This document shows, in pieces, positions 48,601 through 62,303 of a stretch of DNA of 64,000 bases. The position numbers were made by a program, and so were the translations under genes. Source of the stretch: Tubiluchus corallicola (Eukaryota > Animalia > Priapulida). The DNA lies in the NCBI GenBank assembly GCA_030141605.1, contig JAQGDQ010000129.1:256781-320780 (forward strand), written 5' to 3'. Position 1 is the first letter of the stretch, and every line of letters begins with the position of its first letter. The notes beneath the pieces are model-generated. The model worked only from the letters and a program-made list of their open reading frames with translations. It searched no databases and was not told where the DNA came from.

Positions 48601-51600
48601 CAAAAATTTGAATACACAACAATAATAGAAATGTGGTGTCATTCTATTAACATAATCGAACTATAAATTTAGTTTTCAGAATAGCAACATTAGCTATAGC
48701 TATATTAATATTAATGTAATACTAACACTAATACTAACTCTAACCACGTACAGGAAGTCGAAATGTCAAAAGGAAAGTAATTACGCTTCAACTAATCCAT
48801 ACAAGATTCTAATTAATTTAAACAGCATGTCTCCACATTTCTACAAGCCCACGCAATTAGGACAGCAGCCAATAATTAATCAGAATTAAGGCAGCAGCAA
48901 TGTGAAGAGGAAGTACATTAAATTCGATTCTCATCACGAAAGATTAATTGCTGGCGATGTAAGAATAGGACAATCGCTAATCCAACAATTCAAACTTTGA
49001 GTAAAGTAAGAGTTATGCTTTTTTTATTCAAGCTAAAATAGCTCTCAAGTAAAACTTGTTAGGAAATCAAGTTTTCTCTTTTTATCCCTTTCTTCAATTA
49101 TGCTATCAGAATTTGCCTCATTTCATGGCAAGGTGCGAAAATCGAATAAACGAGCCAAACTTAAAAACTTTATATTATGCAAAATAAATTATGCAATGTC
49201 GTTAGCAAAAATCGATGGCAAAACAGGTGCAAAGTAGTCTAGTGAACTTTAAAAAATCACTAGACTATTTTTAATTGCATTTACTCACAGGTAGGAAGAG
49301 TTTGAAAACTGTTCCACTCAAAAAGACTGGTGGTAAAATTCCTGTTATATATAATTAAAGAAGCAGATTCATGTCTTGGGAATTTTAGCTTCAAAACAAA
49401 CACCACAACAAGAAAGATAGCATGTCAGTATATCAAATAAAGTTAGAAAAATTACAATAAAGTTAAACAGCAAAGGGTGCTCTTAGAAATCTCTGCGTCT
49501 TTTCAGCTTTATGTTAGTAGATATTACATGTGGCGAGGAAAGATTCCTACTTTCAACAGAACCACAGGTCTAGTAAATGATGGCATTATGAAAATTTTAG
49601 GATTTAAAACACTTCACGTTATTTACAACTGATCTTAAAACAAATCTATAGCAACAACTCACTATTAATTTTTCCAGTATAATGATTTTCTAAAATTACC
49701 ATCTAAAAAGTAACAGAAAAACTCAACTTCAAAAGCATCAGAAAACAAAACTTGACCAACCTGTCTTTAATTTACACATTTGACATTCACATTAAAATTA
49801 TCTGAGCAAAAAGACAACGACAAAAACTATACTAAGTACTGCACATATTTTATTGTGTTTCAAACACACACGTGACGCGTCATCTCAATACTGCATTGTC
49901 CTCGCTCTCTTGCTGTCCTATAGATGAAATCCTATAAATTTAATGCAACAGGAGATACTATAATGGGCTTCTCTCTGCAACATTTTCTCTCCACACGGAT
50001 AATTACTTCTAAATGCCAAGCACGGAAGCCCAGTAGGATACAGCAGCCCTATTCATGCTCTCTAGTGCTCCGTGGAGAGTACATACTGAATAGTGGTGCG
50101 TTAAGCGATTTTCAGAGACGATTTAGTCATCTGGTTACAGTTGGGTAGCTCAACCATAACCGCGTGTGTACACAAAGCCACAATGAGTTTACGTAGTAAA
50201 CGATACTATTCGTATTATAAGGTGTGACGGTTTCTGTTCTCCAGCTAACACATTATGTATAAATTACATAAAAGAGGGCGTAGAACTGCCCCCGAAAGAG
50301 CTCCGCTGAACAGTGACGCGTTAAGTGCTCGCCAATCTTGGCTTCACAGCATCTCAAACTTACAATAAAGATCGGAAAAAAATCTTGAGACGCTATTTCT
50401 AAACGACTTAGAAGAAATTAGCAGTGTAAGCGCTTCCGTAGCGTCTTTTCATACCCATCATTTACCGAAATTCGTCATCAAAATATTAACTGACTTCCAA
50501 CGCAATGTAGTTAAATGAAAGAATCATTTATAGTAACGCTAGCTAGCCACTCCAAAGCAAACATGTAGTAGGTTAAGGTATCTACTACATGTACATTGCT
50601 CAATGATGAAATAAACTCATTTCATAATTTTTTCTTCAAGTATAGTCATATTAAGTCAGCATTGCATAATTTGATGATTTAGCATTAATTCTGACTTCCT
50701 GGCGGACTTCTTAGAGACTTGTAGCCAAATTATAATCTATGAATCCAGGCAGGACACACACCATTATATACATTAAACTAAAAAGACTTATGATCAGAAC
50801 TGAAAGAAATGCCAAGTTTTCAGTTTTACTTACTATTGGTGAAAAAATTTAAAGGTGTACATAGATCCTACTATACTAAATTTTATATAAAATTTGGTTA
50901 TGTTATATACAATACCAAATAATGCACTAAACAACTTTGCTCTACTTAATTTGTAAGACTTCAATTTTGCCATTTAGGAAGCGACTTTAAGCCTATTGCA
51001 AACACAACTTACAGTAAGTAACCTTTGAGGCAACCTAATATAACTAAATATTTAGTGGCTAGCGAACTCAATGTGACCCATTCAGTCAATGCAAATTTTT
51101 CATATTAAATACAGAAGCCTATCTAAGTAATTAATGATTATGTAGTTTTATCATAAACAACAGATCACTGGACTGATTACAGCATTAAGTAATAAAAATG
51201 TATTGTATCTCTGCGCATTAAACTAGAAACTTCATACAATTCAATTTTATTTCATGTTATTTATATTATTTCAAAAACACAAGCAATTCCTCGGAGCTGG
51301 CACTAATTGCCAAAATAATATGGCAATTAAGTGCCACAGAAAAAGGGAGGCAGTTATACTTACCTCAACTTCATAATAAATTAAATACAAAATCTCATTT
51401 GTACCCTCTTCTAATAAAGCAATGGTTCATTAAAACAAATAACTGTGAGCTTACAACTGTACGCATTACAAGAGGACACAAGTGCCATTTACGGTAAATT
51501 GGTGATACTTAATAAAAACGCTTCTATTCTTAATTTATCGTTTTCCAGCCTCCATCTAACATATCTCAGCAATAATCTCTAGTGCTCTCCCCGTGCCATT

Positions 51601-52819
51601 ATATAAAGTTGGCAGTGCACGTATCCAATTAGAAACACTATGATTAGTTTCCAGAACACAGTGTATTGGCCAACGCGTGCCTCGAGGGAATGAAGCCAAT
51701 GTAGTCCAACTCTGCCAGTTATAGGAATATAATCAGCAGAGATGATAGAATTAGAAGAATAGCAATACAAACCATGGTTTTGTTGACACACATTACACCC
51801 AGGGCACAGAAATATATCAATATATCTGATAACACAATGAGCCGAAGCCGGAAGAAAATGAGACAAATAAAAAAAATGGAGTGGAAACATAAGAGGCAAT
51901 TGGCGTTCAGACGGATCAAGAAAAAGTCGCTGAAAATCTTCGTGGCATCTGACATTCCTAATTCTCAAGCAATTAGTTCTAATAAATGGAATCGAGATAT
52001 AACTGATGTACTTTTAACTGAGTGCTGTGGACCACAGTGTAGGCTAACAATACAGCTTTATGTTCTCATTTTCAGATAACTGAATAAAACAAACAACTGA
52101 GGACAAATTATAAAATACATATAACAATCAAAATTAAATAGTTATTCAATATCATAATCTTACCTCCTTAAATGCATTAAGACCAGCATTCAAAATGGGA
52201 TTGATTAATTTATCATTAGTATACTTTATTGCTAAAAAGTTACATACAATGCACACATAAAATTCGATCACATTTACATTAAAATATGTATGCAACCAGT
52301 TAATAAAAAATTGATAAAAGTAACAGTGTCATTATTAGTAACCCTACGCATTTAAACGAGCACACTTAAAAACTAAACTAAAACTATATGCAAATGAATA
52401 GAAAAATTTTAAAAATGCACACAAATACACAAAACACAATCACCAAAACCAAATAAAAAACATAAACATAATATAAATAACAAAGAAATTTACAAAATAT
52501 ACGATACAAATGCACACTACTGAAATTGAAAAATTAATTTAAGCAAATTAAACACTTGAGAGTTTCACAGGAAAAAGTATTCATGTTTATTATGCAATAT
52601 ATCTTAATTTATATTTCTACTTATGCCAGTTAAACAATTTCAAGTTAAAAGTTTGGATGTAATATAATCACTATTTGGCATAATTTTACCATTTTTATAG
52701 TTTGGGAAATTATAGTTTGTAAGGAGATCATCTTTTAGTTTACTTTTGAAGGAGCTGACAGTTTGGGCTGTTTTAATGTTAGTTGGTAGTGGATTTCAGA
52801 GATTTATAGTCAATTTACT

Positions 52820-53420
52820 CAGTGGTTGATGCCCAAATATATTACTTGTCTGAATCTGCTTTAAATTCAGTATTCGACTATGAAGTGCTTAATTGCCAAA
52901 TATTCTTAAGACAATCCAAAATCTGCATGTTATGCATCATAGTCTCAATATTATACACTCTTCAACATTCTCTTTTCTGTAGCTAAGAAACTAACGTTTT
53001 TTAAGCCAAAAACGCACACAATTACAAAAATGACGCCTCTCTTTGTCAGTCCAGTCATGTTCAATGCACTTTTAGTACCGTTCCTTTCTGTTTTTTCCAG
53101 TATATTCAGCTTTGAAAAATAAGTTGTATCCACAATTTGCAAAAAATGACAATTTTTAGTAGTGGTCATTAAGTCTAAACTGCACCTTAACACCTACGTA
53201 ATTTCTTTTTTAGTTTGTAAATTAGCGGATTTACTGTATTACCATGATACCGAATACTCTCAACTGTAAAATTTGAAGAACAGTTTCCACTTGTCTGGAA
53301 AGAACTCAAAGAAAAAATTGCACTGACTGGAAAAGTACAGCTTACAATCTTCCAAAAGATGTTTTGAAATCCATGTATAATGCACTAGTGGATAAGCATT
53401 GTACTGTATTAAGCCTGTCC
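52820..53420 (+). mobile_element. degraded L2/Crack-like LINE RT fragment
   Basis: Pieces DAQIYYLS (cf. ADDTQIY), KLHLN (cf. KLxLN) and YNLPKDVLKSMYNALV (cf. LPxxxLxxxYxALV) occur in the expected order with stops and frameshifts. Confidence 0.45.
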
Positions 53421-55814
53421 TTTTTAATTTGCATTCCAGCAATCTTTCAGATCAATATATGCCTTCAGACGCTACAAATAATATATTGTGCCTTTACCTA
53501 GTGTTTGTCAGTTTAATTGTTTTGTTTATGTACAATTTATTGTAACTCCTGCCTTTGATCTAAAAGTCCAATGAATGTAATGTATTTCTTTTATTTGTAA
53601 CAAATAAATGATTTTACATTATTATCACCTTTAACACAGGCTGTATTAAGCGGAAAATGCCTTCACCATATAACATTAATTCTGCTCTAAAATAATACGT
53701 TAACGACATTATCCATACAATTATCTTTCACGACTTCCGCATAAAAATCATTTACCCTAGGTAAAGAAAAATTAAGCAACCACAATATTTTGACAATTAG
53801 ACTTTTTTTTAAATTCGCCATAAAATCAGTTTAAAAACAACTAGGAAATTATGAAACAGGAACTTTTGAACTAGAGATAGATTAGCTGTATAACAAATGT
53901 GAGATTTCAGTGCATTGAATGCATTACATCAAATTCCCAGCCCTAAAATAATCAAATATAATGAACGTACATTCTGTAAATGTTTACCACTATCTAACTG
54001 CACATTTTTGCAAAACTGTTTATATCAAAATAATTTACGAAAATTAGCACACATGTAGATTGTGTAGATTTCCAATTGTTCTTCCATAGCTCAGGAATCA
54101 CATTAATTCATTTGCTAGTACAATCAAATTAACTCATATATATTGTAGCTTGCAGACTGATGCCAGCAAAAAATTTCAGCAAGAAGAATTAAAAATGATG
54201 CTTACTTGTGACGAAATTGAGCTAACACATCCCCATTATACTAAAATATATCTTTTCCCATATCGATGCAAGAAATCAATGTCAGCCAATAAATCATGCA
54301 TATGTTAAGAAATGATAAACATTAAAATTTATGTAACTGCCAAATTCCATGGACTTTTTTGAGGTACTCAATGGCTATTCTGAAACTAAATCGTTGGCCA
54401 TAGAAGAAAAAATATAAAATGGTGTAAAAGAATTCAGGAGTTAAAAGAGAAAAGAGTTCAAAATAAAACCAATACATGTGTGATTAGGTCGCTAAAGCAT
54501 GATGAATTTCAGCGCAGTTAGCTGTCACATAAGATTTAGTAATTTCTCCACAGCAAAGCCGTCTAATATTCTGCAATTATGTTTTCGTTTTTTAGTAATG
54601 CCAAAAAATACAAAACACAAAAATTTTACAAGTGCATGAAGTTTTTTGAAGTCTTAAAGAATTTTGTTCCATTGTATTTACAAATGCATGGAACTTAATT
54701 ATTGTAGAAAGGAGTGTTTGGAAATTTACAGCACTTGTTAGACAGAAAGCTCAAAATCTGATATTACAAGATAACACAGAAATTAAAAATAAAATTAAAA
54801 AAGGCAATTGTTTGTCATCAAGATTTATTAAATGAACAGCCTTGTCATTTAATTACGGAGATATTTAAAAAATCAGTTTGGATAATACAGACGTATTAGT
54901 TTATGTTTAGCCTTAAATTTAGTTAGCTTGGTATATGGCCATAATATAAAATGTTTCTTTTAGTTGTCTTTTTGTATTGAAATGTGTTCTTTGTGGAATT
55001 TATGCTTAGAAATTACAAACATTATCTCAAATTACAACCTCAAGAAAGCATTTCTTTCAATTTCCCAAAGTATCCTTTGCTGGCATCAGTCAGTGAACCA
55101 CCCATTAGTTGGGTTATGGAAGGGGATTGATATAGCAATGACGGTGAAACGGCAGCCACATATGTAGTCGAATTAAGTGTATCCAAGTTTTATATCTAAA
55201 TTAAAATTTTGATTAGTTTTAAATTATGTGCAACACAACAGGCTGAATGAATTCTTTAAGTTTTGAAAGTTTCAGGTGTTTCAGTTCCGCATGTGTTCAA
55301 TTTGTATAAGTGCACATAGTTGGTTAAAAGAAACTTGCTAAAAGATGATGTACTTGTAGTTTACTTTCTGAAAGTTTTAAAACAATTAATTTCAGTGAAT
55401 TTGCAACATACTGCAGAATGCAGAAAATTATGAATTTTGTAGTAAAATTTAACTGAAGCTTAGGAATAAATTTAACAATTTGATAAAAAAAATTTATGAG
55501 TAAAATTTACAAAATGGAAACCTGCAGAGTTAAGCAGGGTAGATCTTTTAGATTTAAAGAAAGCCTATTAGTGAATTGTATACACATCAAAGCCTAATGA
55601 AAGTTTCATGCTGACTTACATTATTAAAATTTTCTTACATAAAGCTTATGCCAAAATAAATGCTGTTATCAGAGCACATGATCTTAAAAAAATTATTGAA
55701 ACATAATGTAATTAAAAGTGCACAAAATCAGTGAAATTTTAATGCTATTAGTTGACTTGAATATTAAGTAAATCATGTTTAACGGCTATGTTTGAATATT
55801 ACATTAGGTAAACA

Positions 55815-56644
55815 CAGTAAGCGCCTTTTATTAGACTCACGGTTAATAGACGCAGTCACTTAATTGACTCAAAAACACCTGGAGCGACCCGCTCCTATTC
55901 AAATGTATGCAAAACTGTCGGTAATTGACTCAAATAGCTCCGCGTAATTAACTCAATATTTTACTTCGCGCTCTTAAAATAAGATACTGACATCGATTTT
56001 GTGCATTATAATATACGTACAAACAGACACGTTAAGTGCAGCTTTGTTTGTAAGCAGACACAGTACATTTATCATATGCGCTATTATGTTAGCGTAGCGA
56101 TTTTGCTTTGAATCTGTCACCCGCTTATCCACTGCGATTAACTTCGTAATTTCTGGAAGATAATTTATTTTAATCATTTGCCCAGCGGTTTGCTTTTGAA
56201 GCTCCTGTCACTTTTTACAAGGTCATCACCAACTGCAGCTTAAGCACTAGATGACTAAGCGTGAATATGTGCAGCATACTATACAGATTTTCAATGTTTT
56301 TATCAGTATGAGAATTTCATAAACCAACTTCCTCATGAATAAATGAAGCAACCGACCTTGCATGAATTTTTGTATTTTTTAATAGTAATAATCAGATTTT
56401 TGCGATTTTTTTGTTTTTTTAGTAATTCGCTTATAAAAATTATGCTTCTTAAATAATTGCACATAGGTATTTTTGGCGTTAATTCGTTTCTAAGATTCAT
56501 TTAACGCCGTTGCTATTCATGCTAAGATGATGAAAATAACTTGTATAGTAGTAATATACTAAGCCCTTTGGCTAATTGACTCAGTCGGTTAATTGGGTCA
56601 AAATACTTCCGTCCCAAAATAAGTCTATTAAGCGGCGCCAACTC
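55815..56644. mobile_element. diverged copy B of the same MITE family
   Basis: Collinear similarity to 4048-5015 (CTATTCAAATGTA, GTAATTGACTCAAATA, GTTTGTAAGCAG, AATTTCTGGAAG, GGTTAATTGGG..AAA..ACTTC, AGTCTATTAAG); degenerate TIRs. Confidence 0.85.
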
Positions 56645-59610
56645 TATGTCTATGCTATATAATATTTATTTGCATGCATGACATTTTAGTTCAATTAAAT
56701 CTCGAAGAATGTAATCTATAAATTGAGCAGCTAACACCAAGCAGAAGAGTTGAGAATGATACAGATAGTCTTGGAGTTAAACCACGAATAATTCTGTTAG
56801 CAGACATACTTTATTCAGTGCGAGCGCGAATTTCGAAGTAGTGTGCATTTTCCACACACCACATTTTCGTGAAGTTACACAAACTTGGCCCTTTATGAAA
56901 AACTTCAGTGCTATTGAACATCTCTGAAAGGAAGCCCTCTATTTTGTAAACTACAAGTAATAATCTACATAACGAAGGTGGAAGTTTCATTTTGCATTTA
57001 GAAATACACAAAGAACTTTTATTTATAAATAAAATTAAGAATGGCGTTTTACTATAGATTCCAAAAATGTACTTCACTGTCAAATAACCTTGGTTTTATT
57101 GCTATCAACAGAGTTCATTCTATGTCCACTTTTGTGTTTTATTGCTCTTATTGCTATACTCTCGTCTACTTTTATTTTGTGTGCTTCACTGTTAGTGAAA
57201 AACTTATTGCTTAGATGTTTTCAACTAGCATTTCCACAGTTATTTATTTATAATTGTAAATAAATTACAATAATTTACATGCTTGTATATAAAGGCTTCA
57301 CTTTAAATACTTTCAATATTGTTAATCTACTTCCGTAAATTAACTTAAGTTTTTTTTTGTAAAAAACTTTAAAAAATGGATTAGCACTAATGTTTAGCCT
57401 ATTAGTAACAAAATTACTTTTTTTAAGTTTTCGTTACAAATTCTTTACGAAATCTTCAAATAAAATTCACCAACTATAATCAGTCTTTACATCATTGCTA
57501 CAGCAGAAAATAAAATAATATTTTTGTCACTGATAGTGAAGCATTTAATAGTGAGAATATCGCTAATAGTTATAATTGAATTAGTTGACGGAATACCAAA
57601 TTGAATTTCTTAAACTAATAAAAGTTTAGGAAAAACAACACTTTCCATTTGCAAAGAATGTTATACATTATATAGGCTACACTAACACAGCAAACTGTTA
57701 AAATTCCATATAAGTGTCACTTTATTTATTTGAAGTCAGCATAAGCAATATGCCTACTGTGCAGTTCAAGCACCTTACAACTACATCAACAAAAATTAAT
57801 TAACTATTAATTAAATAATGACTATACTTTTGAAAAGTGGCAAGAAATACATGTACCAAGTGAGCATTTGTTTTTCAAGAAAAAAACTAATAACATAGAA
57901 GCATATATATATATATAAGTATATATAAGTTAATATAAGTACCTGCACACATACTGTGTTGGTACTTACGACTTGCGTCCATAATAAACCAAATGATTTC
58001 GTACAATTTGCATAGATCGTATACGTGGGGGGGGGGGCACTAGGCTAAGATTAATTTTTAATTCAATCTATTGTTCAGCTAGCATTCTTCGTCGCATGAC
58101 TCATACACACATAATATGCAACATAACTTATCATTTTTCATTATATTGAGATAAGGACATTATGGAGAAAATATAGACGTAACAAATGCTAAAAAGCCTT
58201 AACAAGAAAAAGTGCATAATAACGCGAAAATTACCATAATCCAGAGATTGGCACAAGATTTACTCGGAGTGCATTATTAAATAAGTCAGAATTCAATTCA
58301 GACTGAACTTACCTGCTCTTCTGTGGAATAATAATATTAGGTTTGCCACGAAACCTAATCAAGATGCGTCAATCACGTATAAATAGAATTACTGACTGCA
58401 TATAAAACTGCTGTTGTTCGTTACCTCTATTCACACTCACTGTGAATGACAGGCCAAGAATATACTGGATGCGCACAGTGTGATGCTGACAGTTACGGGA
58501 TGCTAAGTGGCTCTCATTTTCTAATAATTCACAGATTGGACAGGCATATACCAAAGAAGAAATACATAAACTCTATGCACAACAAACGATAAAGGAAAAA
58601 AGAGAACCCTTCCGCTCAACTTTGCCGCAAAGGAATAGTATGCTGATATTTTTTAACAATTGAAAATTTTGTGCAATTTTTGAAAACACCAATTTGTTAA
58701 TCTAAATCTGACCACGTGTGCAATACAGGTAATTGTAAGCTTTTTTCAGAGCATATACAAAACAAAAACTGCTAAGTGGGTAAGACTGATAGTTAAATAA
58801 TTAAAGTACATAAAATGCTTTAAATGGTATTAAACAATCGTCCTACCAAGCAAGTAAATGCAACACTATATATAATCACGCTCAGGACTCAGAAGTACCC
58901 TAACTAATAGACTCATGAAATAGGCCTACGTTAACGTTATCGATCGCATATCTTCTGCCAACATCAACAAAGACGCAGTACGACAAGATGGCGACCACAA
59001 CGGAAGCATTTCCATTGCAGAACATGCGCAACTGGTCTGACATAACGCCCATTTTTTCTAAAATCTAAATACTGAATTCTTAAGCCCACGCCAAAATCTC
59101 ATTATGTTATCAAATTTAGCTAATTTGACCAACTGCCCAGGTGTGGCCCACCATTGGAGCAAAAAGCATGCATATGTACCCAACACAGCAAGATCAGGAA
59201 ATATTTCCCAAGCATTCACCACACACAAGTTTTAACAGCCATGGTTCTCTACTTATTGATGGTAACCATAAATGTCACCAAATGCTGGAAAAGAATACAA
59301 TTTGTTGCACGTAGGCTAGGTTTCAAGAAGCATTTTGTCATAAATCACATCTAAACAAGATATTAGCTCGACTACATATGGCTTTTCATTCACATTATTA
59401 CTTTTCACCACTTATTTCAACCATCAAGTTTATAGTCACATAACAATGAAATTCAATTTCAAAAGCAATTCAGAGAAAGACATTGAGAGCCTACTCTCCC
59501 ATCAAAAATGTCTGCTCAAGAATTCACAAAGCAACAAGAATGAAAAGCGAACAGGAGGCATAAAAACAAGACTGGTTTAATTAGCAATATTAGAGAAGTA
59601 CAATTCATAC

Positions 59611-59840
59611 CTCTTAGTGCTCCTAGGGATAAGCGCACAACCACAAAATAGAGAAATTTTCAAAATTAGCTCGATTAGATGAGAAGCCGAGGGCGGTTTA
59701 GTGGTCACTGTGCAGTCAGAAGGGCGTTAGCGAACAATGGAAAATGAAAAATTTGACAGCAAATGGCGCAACTTGAGAATTTTTTACGTCACGAAGAGGC
59801 GGAGCCAAAGCGCGATAAGAACGAGCACGTACAAGGTATC
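59611..59840 (-). promoter_or_regulatory. second candidate promoter plus non-coding first exon
   Basis: CpG-rich patch with TTACGTCA (CRE-like) and GGCGGAGC (GC box); donor GAG|GTATGA at 59610. Confidence 0.35.
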
Positions 59841-61530
59841 GTATCTGTCGATGCTAAATTGCCTGTATGGTATAATGTGAACTTATTACGTTTTCTTTAG
59901 ACGCCATGATGAGATCCCAAAGGTATGTGCTATATCACGAACATATGAAGACATATAAATATATCTAGTCATCTATATGCAAATTGAAAAAAAATTCATA
60001 GAAATTTATCCTGCTTGGAATTACAAACTTTAAACATATTGGAACTTTTAGTAAACCAAAATCAATGAATATTGCCATTTGCAATGCTACAAGAAATAAT
60101 AGCAGTAATACTGCTAGATCAGGCATAAATAACCATATAAAATCCTAGTGTAGCTATCCTTCAAGACCTGGTTTTCAAAACTGTGTTTCGAAATGCTCGA
60201 TAAGTATGCATGTCATTAAATGTTCAAGTCAACTTTATACTGGAAAACTTATTTATAATTTATTTATTTATATACGAATTTATAAATATACTAAAATGAA
60301 ATTATTCGTGATAGCATGTTTTAATTATTTCAATAAATGTCATAAAAAGTTTAACTTGAACGTTTACAGGGCACTTGCTGCATTAATATAAATTAGATCT
60401 TCGTGATCAATAAGTATTAGCTAGTTTCTTTCAGCAAAAAAATTAAAAATTTAAGTTAGGCAAGTTACCATGTGCTGGCAGATGGCTGATGATAGACTAT
60501 AGTTCAGACTGATCATCTTTATTTTAGCTATCTTGCCCCCTACAAATAGACAAGCTTAGAGTTTGATCAGTGCTTGACTTAGTGTAAAACATTATATGCA
60601 GAGTTCAAGGACAGTTTAACAAACAACGAGTAAACATAAGTAAACAAACAGTAAACAAAGGAACAATAAAAGGCTGAGGCATTTGCATTGATGTAACGGC
60701 TTCCTTGCCACCATAAACACAAAAGTTCGAAGGGTTGTTGTAACACAACCATAAAATACTAACTTCTGAAATACTAAGTGTTACTTTATCTTGCTGCTTT
60801 CACAAATTTGTGTTCAAAGTCACGACTTTAGCATCTTTTATAAATAATTTTGTAGGAATATTTCAAAATCTATTAGTCCTATTAATGTGACTTTAGTGAA
60901 GCAGTACAGCTAATAATAGCACTCAGTCAACATTTCAGCTGACCACTGACCAATGATGGTTATTTCCATTGCTGTGCTCTTCACAAAATGTAAAGAAACA
61001 ATAGCACCTAGGCTGCCAAACGCTTCATTAAAAAACAAGTTAAACTATGTTATAGAATACAGAACTATTTTATGGGCTGTGACTAGGAACACATATAGTG
61101 ATCCAGATTACCAAGAGCAGTGAGCCCGGTTGTGCCCAAAGTGAGACTATTATGTATTAGTGAAAATTTTTTAGTGAAAACCAGACATGAGAACCCAAAG
61201 GTTCCTACGACTTTTTCTCCTGTCTTACTAAGAAAACATTTTACTGACCTTGGATTTTGTTAAAATTATGTGCAGCCAAACAAGCTAAAAAAATTATATC
61301 TGACTCGAATCGCAGAATGGCAATCTGTATTATAGTCTGGAGCAGACATGGCAACCTTTTCACCACCACATTTTCTTTCTCACATTTTTATTCACTTAAA
61401 AACGTTTTTGTTCGCATTAAGATTTATATTTTGTTAATTATGTCCAAGTGTACTAGATCTAGGTAATGTATGCAAAAACCACTGATAGCATAATTTTTAC
61501 AAATTGATTCCAATTTTATTTTTCAATACA

Positions 61531-61584
61531 AAACAGTAAAATTAATAACTGAAATGTAAACAGTAAAATTAATAACTGAAATGT
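61531..61584. repeat. perfect tandem repeat, 2 x 27 bp
   Basis: AAACAGTAAAATTAATAACTGAAATGT twice. Confidence 0.92.
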
Positions 61585-61894
61585 ATCAAGCAACACTAAA
61601 CAGTCACGCTAATGGACTATGGCAGGTTTATAACGCTACGACAGGTAAAACGGCTATGACTGTAGCTAATACACGGTATGATTCCAGTTGCACAACCATA
61701 AACGCTCGATTGAGGTTTTACTTGTTAACAATTTATTCGCAATCAGTGGAGTTATTTAACAATAATTTATAGTTAATCAACCACCATCCAACACGTTTAC
61801 ACAGCTAAAACAAAACAAGGCTGCCATCTTGAAAAAAATGACCCACTTGTTCAGGCAATCTTGGAAGTTTACGAATCATAAATTCAAAGCTTAC

Positions 61895-62150
61895 CACATT
61901 CTTTTGCTGTGGATGATATCTCTGCCATTAAACTAGTTATCAGAATAAGCTACGTGCCTGTATAACTACAATTAAGCCAACTAAATTGCAATGCTGAATG
62001 CATTTCTACATACAGCACATTACATGATTAAACACACTCCTGACGGTACTGTAGGTTAACATAATGACGTCACGCTCGTCTTCTACACCAATCAAGCGTA
62101 TTGTTTACACTTCAGTGGAATTTCGGCGGCAACGTCAAAATAAATAATTA
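61895..62150 (-). promoter_or_regulatory. candidate promoter plus non-coding first exon
   Basis: Full CRE TGACGTCA (~62065), CCAAT (~62088) and Fox-type TGTTTAC (~62102) in a CpG-rich patch; donor GTG|GTAAGC at 61894; YY1-like GCCATCTTG at ~61823. Confidence 0.4.
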
Positions 62151-62303
62151 GTTTTTAGGAAAATCAGACCCTCATGATTTCATTGTGCTGCAACTTTGCA
62201 AGCGCTTTTTCTTTGATTTTTTATTAAACTTTAAGTCTAAAAGCAATTTACACTCCCGATATCTATGCTAAACGGATCGAAGCGTTCAGATCATATTTCA
62301 ACA

